Source: a virus
Lineage: Duplodnaviria; Caudoviricetes
Direction: 5' to 3' (one strand)
IMG/VR virus record: IMGVR_UViG_3300021979_000003
Span: 32,001 to 96,000 of that record
DNA: 64,000 nucleotides
Every line of letters starts with the position of its first letter. The first letter of the stretch is position 1. A program made the position numbers and the translations under genes. Positions 44,652 to 54,202 of the stretch are shown in pieces. Below the pieces are notes generated by a model. It did not search any database and was not told where the DNA came from. It saw nothing but the letters and a program-made list of their open reading frames with translations.

Positions 44652-46458
44652 TTTACCAAACAATACAACTGTCGATGGAAAGAAAATAATTTCCGAAGAT
44701 AATAAGAACGATCATAGACACGATAGTTCTCAAATACAAGGTTTAAGTGAAGACGCTATTGGCAATGCTTTCGTATACGCAGAGTTTATAGATGGTGTAT
44801 CATATAGTCAATTGCAATCAGAATTTATTTCAAACACAAATAATGTTATGAGTGGTAATTTAATTATTTCATCCAATAGTTTAACTGAAAATAACATTAT
44901 AAATGTTTTAGAACTAAACAATTTAAAAAATAATAATGGAATATCAGATTATGATATAACATCATTACCTATTACTGAAGAAGTTAATAATAATACACAA
45001 TCCATTATGGTTAGTGGTGCCGTGCCATCAATTGATATGTCTTGGACTACTATAGGCAGTGGGAATGTCACAGAAAACATATCTTTAACTGGACCAACTA
45101 ATATTTCATCGGGTGGTACATATACATTTGAAATTACTAACTATAATAGTTTTAACGCATATAGTGTGTCAATATCAGAGGGTTCTGCAACAATAAACTC
45201 TAATGGCACTATTAGTGTAACCGCTCCACAAAATGCACCCAATCAGCAAACAATAACTATGACGGTATCTAACGATACCTTGAATGTGGATAAAGTAGTT
45301 ACCATGACACTCGTCGAAGACCCTGATATGAATATTACATATTCACGCGATAATAACTTGTATTACCAAATACCTTCAAGTGGTATTAACATTGACACCC
45401 AAGATTCATTTTACTTACGACTTGAAAATTATAATTCTGCGTATAATTATACTACTACCGCAAGTATAGCGGGTTTTTCGTTTAGTCAAAGTAACGATAC
45501 CATAACTGTTACTCCACCTAGTGATAATAATACTACCCAAACGGTTACACTAACCGTTGACCGTGGTGATGATACATTTAATATCATACTAAACCTTGTT
45601 CCTTTTGACCAAGGGTGGGACTTAAAAGGATTTACCGGTACGGCATATGGTATATTTAATGATACATCTAATACCGATGACGTTAAAAATGTAATGTTCA
45701 TGAATAACGACGGAACTAAGTTGTATGTATATGGTTATAACAATCAGGCTACACTTGGTATATTAGAAAGGAATCTTTCAGTGCCGTATGATATTACTAC
45801 CGCAGGCAGTGTAGTAGCTACACATGTAGACACTATCATATCATCGAATCATGACCCTCGTGGAATTATAGTATCAAGCGATGGTAAAGTTCTTACAATT
45901 ATGAGTGGAGAGTTTGGGGAAATGGCGATGATTTCTTATGACACGCCATGGAACTTTAATGGCGGTAACAGAGTGGGATATGGAACACCAGACTTCTTAT
46001 TAGGAAGTAATTTTGATTCAGAAGATATATATCCTCGTTGTATTTCCATGAGTGACGATGGGGCATATTTCCACGTCTTATTCTATGATGACTCAATTGG
46101 AAGTGTCGATTTAGCAGAATATAGCTTATCAGTTAACTATTTTGTGGGTTCAGCAACACTTAATAATCGCAGAAACTTAGATACCAATGTTCAGCGCTTA
46201 GACTTCATGACAAATTTTATGTCTCCAAGCGGTGACAAAATGGTTTTTAAACGTTATAGAGCTTCTGGTGAATCATATTTAAGTTGGTATACACTATCAG
46301 TGCCTTATGATATATCTTCAAGCATACAAGTTCGGGCTACCGAAGTTAGTACTAATTCATTATTAACAAATTATAGTTATAATGCAATATCACCTGATGG
46401 ACAAAATTTATTTGTCATAAGTGATGCAAACGACAGCATATATCCATTTAAGATTTAA
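44641..46458 (+). CDS. tail fibre / receptor-binding protein with Ig-like domains and C-terminal beta-propeller
   Basis: Repeated (L)S-x-PYDI and F/I-xx-DG-K repeats; Asn/Ser/Thr-rich. Confidence 0.65.
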   Translation: MMNNLPNNTTVDGKKIISEDNKNDHRHDSSQIQGLSEDAIGNAFVYAEFIDGVSYSQLQSEFISNTNNVMSGNLIISSNSLTENNIINVLELNNLKNNNGISDYDITSLPITEEVNNNTQSIMVSGAVPSIDMSWTTIGSGNVTENISLTGPTNISSGGTYTFEITNYNSFNAYSVSISEGSATINSNGTISVTAPQNAPNQQTITMTVSNDTLNVDKVVTMTLVEDPDMNITYSRDNNLYYQIPSSGINIDTQDSFYLRLENYNSAYNYTTTASIAGFSFSQSNDTITVTPPSDNNTTQTVTLTVDRGDDTFNIILNLVPFDQGWDLKGFTGTAYGIFNDTSNTDDVKNVMFMNNDGTKLYVYGYNNQATLGILERNLSVPYDITTAGSVVATHVDTIISSNHDPRGIIVSSDGKVLTIMSGEFGEMAMISYDTPWNFNGGNRVGYGTPDFLLGSNFDSEDIYPRCISMSDDGAYFHVLFYDDSIGSVDLAEYSLSVNYFVGSATLNNRRNLDTNVQRLDFMTNFMSPSGDKMVFKRYRASGESYLSWYTLSVPYDISSSIQVRATEVSTNSLLTNYSYNAISPDGQNLFVISDANDSIYPFKI

Positions 46459-46492
46459 ATTCGCGGATTATTTTAGACTTATATTCTCCTAG

Positions 46493-46500
46493 TATAAATA
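46493..46500 (+). promoter_or_regulatory. T4-type late promoter
   Basis: TATAAATA. Confidence 0.6.
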
Positions 46501-46507
46501 TATTCAG

Positions 46508-46529
46508 AAGGTTGCTTCGGTAACCTTTT
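46508..46529 (+). other. C(UUCG)G hairpin: 5' stabiliser or weak terminator
   Basis: AAGGTTGC-TTCG-GTAACCTT-TT. Confidence 0.55.
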
Positions 46530-46613
46530 GTCAATAAACATACTATATTTCTACGGAATTGTAGTGATAAATATAAAAGTAAATTGATCAATTAAACTAG
46601 GAGATATAATCTT

Positions 46614-48968
46614 ATGACTACAAAAAACTTTGGTATTGCTGCGGTAGGTGGTGACCTACAATACGGTAAGAAAGGCGGTCGAATCGTATTCGATTCTGCT
46701 AACGACCTTTTCAAAATCACTGGCTCTGACGGTGCTACCGTTTCTCGTGTAAAGGTTGCTGACGCGGTTGATACTGACGACGCAATTAGCCTATCACAAC
46801 TAAATGGTGTAGAATCTGCACTACAAGGACAAATTGACACAGTTGAAGCAAGTGCTGGCCTAGAAACAGACGGTTCACTAGTTATCACTGGTACTAACTA
46901 TGTTGATGCTGCTACTTCCCTAAAGGAAATCGGCACTCTACTAGATACTCAAGTAAAAGCTAACGCTGACGCTATTTCTACAGCAAACGGTACAGTTTCT
47001 ACCCTACAGGGCGAAGTTGATGCTACTCAGACAGGTGCTGGTCTAGGAACTGATGGTTCTTACACTACTTCCGAAACAAGCAACTATCTAAAAGCTGCTG
47101 ACTTTACTGCTGCTGGTGAAACTGAATCACTATTTGGCGCAGACCTACTACTTGACGCACAGATCAAGCAAGTTGCTGACGACCTAGCTGCTCTAGGTAC
47201 TGGTTCCATCAACGATATCCAGACTGAACTAGACGCTACTCAGGCAGGTGCTGGTCTAACTGTTGACGGTAACTACTCCGCTCTAACTGGTTCCAACTAC
47301 CTATCTGGCGCTACCAGTATCCATAACGCAACTAGCCTACTTGACACTCAAGTTGCTGCTAACGCTACTGCTATTGCTACTGCTGATGGCGAGATTGGTG
47401 ATCTAACCACTCTAACTACTACCGAGCAAGGTTCCCTAGTTGGTGCAATCAACGAACTAGACGCTGACCTAGCTGCACTAGGTACTATGGCTTCTCAGGA
47501 CGCTGACGCTGTTGCAATCACTGGTGGTACAATTGATGGTGTTGTAATTGGTGGCACTACTGCTGCTAACGGTACATTTGCTGACGTAACTGTTAACGGT
47601 AACCTAACTGTTCTAGGTGAAACTACTACTCTAGACGTTACCAACCTAGCAGTTGAAGATAACACTATTATCCTAAACAACGGCGAAACTGGTGCTGGTG
47701 TTACTAACAACACTTCTGGTATCGAAATCGACCGTGGTACTGAACAGAACGCACGTTGGGTGTGGGATGACACTACTGATTCTTGGGCTGCTCAGGTATT
47801 TGACGGTTCAACTTGGCAGACAGCTTCTATTACTGGTAACTTCTCTGGTTCCGCTGTTGACTTCGGCTTTGCTTCTACTTCTCTAGTACGTGGCGATAGC
47901 ACTGAATTCGCAATGGGTACTGAGAACCAAGTACTAAAAGTTGGTGCTTCTGACATTGAATACGGTTATGTAACTGACGTTCGCAGCACTGCTGGTGACG
48001 TTGTATTCGGTCAAGGTACTCTAAACGGTACTGGCGGTGAATACCTAGAATTCGCTCACGAAGCTGACGCGGTATACCTAACTGCACGTAACAGTGCTGG
48101 TACTGGTGACGTTGACCTATACCTATCTGGTCAAGGCAACGGCGACGTAATCATTTCTCAGAACGCTTCTCAGCAAGGTCTAATCATCGCTGAAGACGAT
48201 ACTACTCTAACAGTATCTGGTGGTAATGCTGCGGCTGCTGACGCTGGTGACGCTATCCTAAAAGGTGGTGACGGTACTTCTACTTTCGCTTCCGGTGACG
48301 TTATCCTACAAGGTGGTACTGGTGGTTCTACTGAAGGTATTACTATTATCAAAGATTCTGCTGGTAACGAGGTTTCTAGCTTCACTGGTGTTGCTTCTGC
48401 AACTGACTATGTGAATGTTGAAAACGGTATTGGCGAAGCTACTATCTCTGCTGTTGGTGATAGCACTGACGTTGATCTAGTACTAGCTCCTAAAGGAACT
48501 GGTGCGGTTCTAGTACCTGCTGGTTATGACATTTCCTCTGCTGCTGACGAAGCAGTTGTAAACAAAGGTTATGTTGACAGCCAGATTACAGAAGTTGCTA
48601 GCAACGTTGATCCGCTAATCATGCGTTCAAGCATTGCTGCTGATAGCACAAACAGTACTTTCAACATCGGTACTATGAGCAACATCGCTGGTAAGACCTA
48701 CTATGTAAGCCGCGTAACTCTACACGTTACTACTGACTTCACTGGTGGTTCTATCGATCACATGGTTGTTTCTGACGGTACTACTGAACTAGCCGAAGAA
48801 GCTGACAGTGACGTACTAGCTGGCACTTACGTAGTTGACCTACCATTCGCTGTAGCAACTGCTGGTGGCGCTTCTATCGACGTGAACTTCCTACAGTCTG
48901 ATGGCACAACTGCTGCTATCCCAACTGCTGGTAACATGATCGCGGTAGTAGAGTACAAAGTACTTTAA
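46614..48968 (+). CDS. abundant virion fibre/structural protein
   Basis: Strong codon bias (Leu mostly CTA), three internal repeats (DATQ-x-GAGL-xx-DG...NY...LLD-x-Q), LTTLTT...LVGAINEL motif. Confidence 0.75.
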   Translation: MTTKNFGIAAVGGDLQYGKKGGRIVFDSANDLFKITGSDGATVSRVKVADAVDTDDAISLSQLNGVESALQGQIDTVEASAGLETDGSLVITGTNYVDAATSLKEIGTLLDTQVKANADAISTANGTVSTLQGEVDATQTGAGLGTDGSYTTSETSNYLKAADFTAAGETESLFGADLLLDAQIKQVADDLAALGTGSINDIQTELDATQAGAGLTVDGNYSALTGSNYLSGATSIHNATSLLDTQVAANATAIATADGEIGDLTTLTTTEQGSLVGAINELDADLAALGTMASQDADAVAITGGTIDGVVIGGTTAANGTFADVTVNGNLTVLGETTTLDVTNLAVEDNTIILNNGETGAGVTNNTSGIEIDRGTEQNARWVWDDTTDSWAAQVFDGSTWQTASITGNFSGSAVDFGFASTSLVRGDSTEFAMGTENQVLKVGASDIEYGYVTDVRSTAGDVVFGQGTLNGTGGEYLEFAHEADAVYLTARNSAGTGDVDLYLSGQGNGDVIISQNASQQGLIIAEDDTTLTVSGGNAAAADAGDAILKGGDGTSTFASGDVILQGGTGGSTEGITIIKDSAGNEVSSFTGVASATDYVNVENGIGEATISAVGDSTDVDLVLAPKGTGAVLVPAGYDISSAADEAVVNKGYVDSQITEVASNVDPLIMRSSIAADSTNSTFNIGTMSNIAGKTYYVSRVTLHVTTDFTGGSIDHMVVSDGTTELAEEADSDVLAGTYVVDLPFAVATAGGASIDVNFLQSDGTTAAIPTAGNMIAVVEYKVL

Positions 48969-48989
48969 GATTACTAAGTAATCAAGACT

Positions 48990-49017
48990 AAAAGGAACCT
49001 TCGGGTTCCTTTTTTTA
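48990..49017 (+). terminator. intrinsic terminator
   Basis: AAAAGGAACC-TTCG-GGTTCCTTTTTTT. Confidence 0.9.
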
Positions 49018-49046
49018 TTGCATCAAGATTTTCATTATGCTATGAT
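49018..49046 (+). promoter_or_regulatory. sigma70-like promoter
   Basis: TTGCAT-17-TATGAT. Confidence 0.7.
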
Positions 49047-49081
49047 CACAAGAAATTACGAATAGTTTAAGTAAGGAAAAT

Positions 49082-49720
49082 ATGGAAGATCGACTAGATA
49101 ATACCGCATACCAAGAAGATTTAAGTATGTATAATACAATTAGTATCTTGGCTACTCAACAACTTAATAAATTTGGAAGCACCGGAACATACGATATGAA
49201 GCCTGCGTGGCTTAACCTTTTTAGTTTTATTGTAAACTTGCATTATTATCAAAAATTCAAGGTTCCTCTATTTAATGGTAGATTCTACGTCACTTCATAT
49301 ACTGTTAGTGTTTCATTCAAGCCGGTCGATGACGTTTTCCTATCACGAACTCAATTATCACAAGTTGATGGAGCCACAATCATATCCAAAAACTTCATTG
49401 AAGATGATGGGAGGTATGTATATACTCGCCTCAATGAAGAATATGAAGACTATGGGTTTATAAAAGAAATCGTAGAAAATCTTATTTCTAAAATTAGAAA
49501 AGGAACTAATGTATATAACCTTCATGACGAACTTTCTGATTTTGGTTTCATGGACATAATCAAAAAGCATGTTTACCCAAACGTTGGTGCTATAACTGAC
49601 GAAGATTATAAGTATATGACGAATAAATATTTCAAGGGGATAGAGAAATCTACTCCTAAGAAAATTACTACTATAAAGTCTTCAAGTAATGTTATTGAAT
49701 TCAATAGGACAAAAAAATGA
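49082..49720 (+). CDS. hypothetical protein
   Basis: ORF with AAGGA RBS. Confidence 0.7.
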   Translation: MEDRLDNTAYQEDLSMYNTISILATQQLNKFGSTGTYDMKPAWLNLFSFIVNLHYYQKFKVPLFNGRFYVTSYTVSVSFKPVDDVFLSRTQLSQVDGATIISKNFIEDDGRYVYTRLNEEYEDYGFIKEIVENLISKIRKGTNVYNLHDELSDFGFMDIIKKHVYPNVGAITDEDYKYMTNKYFKGIEKSTPKKITTIKSSSNVIEFNRTKK

Positions 49721-50349
49721 AAGACCATATAAAAGATATTTCGTTGATGAAGGGGTTTGAGCAATATAGTACCAACGCTAAATTTCTAGGTGTCGAATCT
49801 ATTGAAGAGTTTCAAACAAAAGAATTTAACGATTCGGTGATTGAAACTGACTTCGGATTTATCAAACCATCCAGAACCGTCAAGGTTATTCACAGTGACG
49901 GTTATAAGTGTGTCCAGTGTAAGAAAGAAGCACGGTATGTCACTTACCAACAGTCGAATGACAACGGACAAATTTACGTTTACTTCTGGGTTAAGAAACC
50001 AAATTGTTACGTCCCTCTAACAAAAGATCATATCCACGCTAAGTCACTAGGTGGTACAGATGCCTATGACAACCTCCAATCACTATGCTATCTTTGCAAC
50101 CAAGAAAAATCAGATGATATTGTTCTACCAAATGATGGTAGCGAAACGCGTCCAAGGAAAGTACTCGACGCTGAAGTGTACAAGGATTATAAAAAGAAGA
50201 TAGCAGACTTTAAATATCTAAGAAAAAGAATTAAACGAATGATGAAAACAATGCCTTGGTATTTCAGAATTCTTGGAGTTGATAAGTACTTTGAAAAGAA
50301 AGTAATCGAATTGATGAGGAAGAAAGGATATTTCGTAGACGACGAATAA
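49717..50349 (+). CDS. HNH endonuclease domain protein
   Basis: CVQC...TKDHIHAKSLGGTD...NLQSLCYLCNQEKSD. Confidence 0.85.
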   Translation: MKDHIKDISLMKGFEQYSTNAKFLGVESIEEFQTKEFNDSVIETDFGFIKPSRTVKVIHSDGYKCVQCKKEARYVTYQQSNDNGQIYVYFWVKKPNCYVPLTKDHIHAKSLGGTDAYDNLQSLCYLCNQEKSDDIVLPNDGSETRPRKVLDAEVYKDYKKKIADFKYLRKRIKRMMKTMPWYFRILGVDKYFEKKVIELMRKKGYFVDDE

Positions 50350-50353
50350 AAGT

Positions 50354-50377
50354 AAGGTGGGCACTGCCCACCTTTTT
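50354..50377 (+). terminator. intrinsic terminator between convergent genes
   Basis: AAGGTGGGC-ACT-GCCCACCTTTTT. Confidence 0.8.
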
Positions 50378-53156
50378 ACGTATCAATATGCTCGTATGTT
50401 GTAAAGCCATTTTCCTTTTTAACTAAAATTGTTTTATCAACATGTTCAACAAGCTCTTCCTTATGAGTAACCAAGTACACTGCTTTATTAAAATCTCGGG
50501 CTTTAGTCTTAAGTATTTCTACAGCATCTTTTGCTCCAACGCTATCCATACCAAAGTCTAAGATTTCATCTACGAATAAGCAGTTCATAGGATTCACTAG
50601 ATTCTCGTATAAGTCCCTGAACGCCATATTTAACGCAAAGGTTACCCTGTTCTGCTCACCCCTAGAAAGGTTGTTGAAGTTTACCTCACGGCCTTTATCA
50701 GTAATACTAAAGGTTAGGTTAGGATCAAATACGACCTGATGTGGTAGAGACAGTTGATCTACATACTGTTGAAAAACCTTATTCAAGAATGGCAGGCTGT
50801 AATCAATAATCCTTTTGCGCACAAACGAATCACGATTTGTGAGTAGTTTCTGTAAAAACTTCTCATGTGCCAATTTTCTTTCAAGGTCTTTTAGTTTAGT
50901 ATAATCAACTTCCTGTATACCTAGTTCACCACCTTCAAGCTCTTCGATTTGTTTAGTGTAAGGGTTCTCTTCCTTTTGCTTATCTTCTACTCGGGTCATC
51001 AAAGACTCTATTGTATTTTTATGATTATAAGCATCCTCAACAGTTCTATAGAAAGTATCTTGTGGTTCTTCATCAATACTTATAGAGTTAATAACCGATT
51101 CATAATCTTGTATCTTCTCTTCATAAGTATCGACTTCAGATAACTTATCATTGATATTTTCAGTAAGCATAACTTTGTGCTTTTCATGCGATCCTTCATC
51201 TTCGATGGGCTGTTCACATGTAGGGCAAATGCTTTCTTCAAAACTAACCAACTGAATGTTTAGATTTTCAAGCTCTTTAACCACACGGTTTTTATTACTA
51301 TAAAGGTTTCTTAACTCGGACTTAACCACGTTGATTTGACTCTCAACTTCTTTGATTTCGGCATTCTTTTTATGCTTCTCAATTTCAGCTTCAATGTCAA
51401 CATCACCCATACTCTGTAGAGTCTCAATAAGTTCTTGTATAGTTTTGTTTTTATTACGCTCCCATACATCAGACTTTTCTTTTAGGTTTTCGATATTCCT
51501 CAATATTCGATCATTACTTTGTTGTAATGTTTCGACACGAATCTGTTCTTTATCGATATCAATCTTTGTTTGCTTTATCCTTTCAGCCAAAACCTGTGCC
51601 TTTCTGGATAGTGCGTCAATACCAAGTATTTGCTCAATAACTTCACGCTGTACTGCCGCACTAGAACTCATAAAATGAGTAGAGTATGTATTCATGGCTA
51701 CGATAAACTTAAACAACAAAGCATTCATCTGGATAAGATTGTCTATTTCTTTTTGTGTTTCTTTGTTCTCACCATGTGCACGATTAGTATCATCTGCAAA
51801 GTCATCACTTAAAACAGTACTCTCTTCGTCAACCATTTTAATAAGCTTTAGGTTGTTTGGCTTTCTACCACGCTCGATACGATAGTCCACACCATTAACA
51901 TTAAAATCTAACGACACCATCATGTGCTTACCATTAACATAGTTCACGATATCATCTTTCTTAGATGGTGTGATTGTGTCACCATATAGTGCATAACTCA
52001 GCCCATTGATCACAGTAGTATTATGGGTAGGTATGTAATCATCGGTAATGTAAAGCTCTTCGGTATCAGCCACTTTAATACAAGCGACTTGCTGTTTATC
52101 AATCGTTTTAATAGAAGCAATCATAGAACAAAGATTCTTATGAATAGGGAAATCTTTTTTATGCTCTAAACTAAAAAGCTTGTTTGCATCTGGGTACTTG
52201 GCTCTTAGAAGTATATCTTTTTCGGTATCTTCAATGCCACGCATTTTATCTCTAATAGTATAAGCAATAAACTTCAGATCAGATACCCCAGAAAGACTCC
52301 ATGATAATCTTTGGATGTCCTTAGAAAGCTTCTTATCTTTATCTGCAAAATATGTGGTTACGTACTCTTCGTCTTGCTCACTTCTAGCATCATTGAACGC
52401 CATCATAAGATCACGACGCTGATAGTATGATCCATCCATAAAGTTTTCAGGTACATACTTTTCTTGATCAATTTGCATATCAGTGACAAATTTTATCAAT
52501 GGACATAGGGTATTCATCTTATACTTCATATGAAGGTTTCCACCCGAATATGTATATTCATACAAGTCTTCAGTCATGTAAACCTTTAGTTTGTCGAATA
52601 CCTCATATGATACATCTTTAAAAACAATACTATTATTTTTAATTTCACCACATGCGAGATATAAACCGAAAGCATAAGGATGTGTTGGCAATACAGATTC
52701 TTTATCACCAATAGTATCAACGACCGGTAATCCAACATAAACACCCGAAGTCATAGCATCATAGATTTCTTTGGTATCAACCGTCTTATATTCTTCACCA
52801 ATATACACATTCCAAAGATGCTCTTTACATGCACGTGTCTTTTTGCCATCTTTAGTTCTAATCTCATAGACGGTGCGTTCACCTTGCGGATACTTACCTA
52901 ACACGACAGTAGTAGTGCCTCTAGGTGTTAAAAGAAAATCTCCAACATCAACCTCTTTCATGGTTTTCCAACCATAAGGTGTTCTGAGTTTTGAATACAA
53001 CGGTTGGGCTTTACCAACACCATTTCTTATTCCTTCGCCGTAGTCTGGGTTACTCCCTAGAATTAGGGTAACAAACCCTTCGTCTATATTAACAGACTGA
53101 GTAACTTGCCCAACAGAGAAGAAGTTTTTTAAAGTTAAATTCTTAAATGTAATCAT
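50376..53156 (-). CDS. recombination endonuclease ATPase subunit (T4 gp46 / SbcC / Rad50-like) with intein
   Basis: NGVGK|intein|TT Walker A, coiled coil with CPTCEQ hook, LSRGE signature, LFVDEILD Walker B. Confidence 0.92.
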   Translation of the reverse strand: MITFKNLTLKNFFSVGQVTQSVNIDEGFVTLILGSNPDYGEGIRNGVGKAQPLYSKLRTPYGWKTMKEVDVGDFLLTPRGTTTVVLGKYPQGERTVYEIRTKDGKKTRACKEHLWNVYIGEEYKTVDTKEIYDAMTSGVYVGLPVVDTIGDKESVLPTHPYAFGLYLACGEIKNNSIVFKDVSYEVFDKLKVYMTEDLYEYTYSGGNLHMKYKMNTLCPLIKFVTDMQIDQEKYVPENFMDGSYYQRRDLMMAFNDARSEQDEEYVTTYFADKDKKLSKDIQRLSWSLSGVSDLKFIAYTIRDKMRGIEDTEKDILLRAKYPDANKLFSLEHKKDFPIHKNLCSMIASIKTIDKQQVACIKVADTEELYITDDYIPTHNTTVINGLSYALYGDTITPSKKDDIVNYVNGKHMMVSLDFNVNGVDYRIERGRKPNNLKLIKMVDEESTVLSDDFADDTNRAHGENKETQKEIDNLIQMNALLFKFIVAMNTYSTHFMSSSAAVQREVIEQILGIDALSRKAQVLAERIKQTKIDIDKEQIRVETLQQSNDRILRNIENLKEKSDVWERNKNKTIQELIETLQSMGDVDIEAEIEKHKKNAEIKEVESQINVVKSELRNLYSNKNRVVKELENLNIQLVSFEESICPTCEQPIEDEGSHEKHKVMLTENINDKLSEVDTYEEKIQDYESVINSISIDEEPQDTFYRTVEDAYNHKNTIESLMTRVEDKQKEENPYTKQIEELEGGELGIQEVDYTKLKDLERKLAHEKFLQKLLTNRDSFVRKRIIDYSLPFLNKVFQQYVDQLSLPHQVVFDPNLTFSITDKGREVNFNNLSRGEQNRVTFALNMAFRDLYENLVNPMNCLFVDEILDFGMDSVGAKDAVEILKTKARDFNKAVYLVTHKEELVEHVDKTILVKKENGFTTYEHIDT
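52020..53009 (-). mobile_element. intein (330 aa), Ala1, WCT class-3 signature, degenerate LAGLIDADG-like core
   Basis: AQPLYSK-x-RTPYGW; block B EHLW; block F ACIKV; block G THN|T. Confidence 0.85.
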
Positions 53157-53169
53157 TTAATCCCCACAA

Positions 53170-54192
53170 TTATAATTCATTATATATCTCAATAAGGTAT
53201 TTAGGATCATACTCACCGGAGTCCATAGACTTAATCTGCTCAACAACAATGGTATCAACACTATCACATGTTGCAGCTTCTTCTACCTCAACCCCTTCGT
53301 TATCGCCAGCATCCACACGAGATAATAATTTTATAGATCGTATGTCATAATCTTGAACTATAGTATCTCGGAATGTTGATATTTCAGAGTAGGTAGTATC
53401 CGACTCATCATAATCTATTTTTAAGTGCAATTTAGAGACACCATCGAAATGTTTCTTTGGGTCATCCTTAATCATACTATATTCATATCTTCTGTACTTA
53501 GGCGCATCAGGCCAAGCATAATATTCAGGTTCACGGTCCCACTCTAATACCATGGCTCCACGTTCATCGTCCCATACATCATTGAAATCATGTGGGAACG
53601 CATTACCAATATAGGTGACGTTGCCTTTAGTTTGTCTCTTATGGAAATGGCCGGTAAATACTTGTCCTGCCTTTTTAAAGTCGTCGTCTTTTAATTCACC
53701 AGTATCAGGCATTTTAACCATAGAGTTTAAATAGAAGTCTGGTAGCTCGAAATGACCAAAGATATATTTGTGCTTATTCTTCTTCAATTCTTTCCATTCG
53801 TCGCCCACTAGCCATGGATAGAATGCAACATCATCCTTAACTAGCTTATCATCGATATAGATAATGTTAGATAAATCCTTGGCATATATTAGTGATGATA
53901 TATCTCTATTTTCTCGGAAGTAAAGATCATGATTTCCTACAATAAAATAGGTTTCTTTGAAATTATCATTCAGTAATTTCATACCCTCATATGAATAGTT
54001 GAGGGTTTCTACGTTTACAGTTTGCCTATTGTGATGCCAATCACCTAAGAACAAACACGTTTCTATATTCTTTTCTTTTGCTATTTCTATCATCCACTTA
54101 ATAAACTGAACACAATCTTCGTTGTGTTCAGTAGAATTAGCTTTATGTCCAAAGTGAATATCTGTAAAAGCAATTGCCTTATCAAATAACAT
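53170..54192 (-). CDS. recombination endonuclease nuclease subunit (T4 gp47 / SbcD / Mre11-like)
   Basis: TDIHFG, FLGDWHH, VGNHD, GHFE, TGHFH metallophosphoesterase motifs. Confidence 0.92.
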   Translation of the reverse strand: MLFDKAIAFTDIHFGHKANSTEHNEDCVQFIKWMIEIAKEKNIETCLFLGDWHHNRQTVNVETLNYSYEGMKLLNDNFKETYFIVGNHDLYFRENRDISSLIYAKDLSNIIYIDDKLVKDDVAFYPWLVGDEWKELKKNKHKYIFGHFELPDFYLNSMVKMPDTGELKDDDFKKAGQVFTGHFHKRQTKGNVTYIGNAFPHDFNDVWDDERGAMVLEWDREPEYYAWPDAPKYRRYEYSMIKDDPKKHFDGVSKLHLKIDYDESDTTYSEISTFRDTIVQDYDIRSIKLLSRVDAGDNEGVEVEEAATCDSVDTIVVEQIKSMDSGEYDPKYLIEIYNEL

Positions 54193-54202
54193 ATATGTCC
54201 TT

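Noticed and set aside
46470-46495. Minus-strand AGGAG RBS-like sequence
   Set aside because: No start codon at a suitable distance; the 46592..46888 and other minus-strand ORFs there are shadows of the codon-biased plus-strand gene
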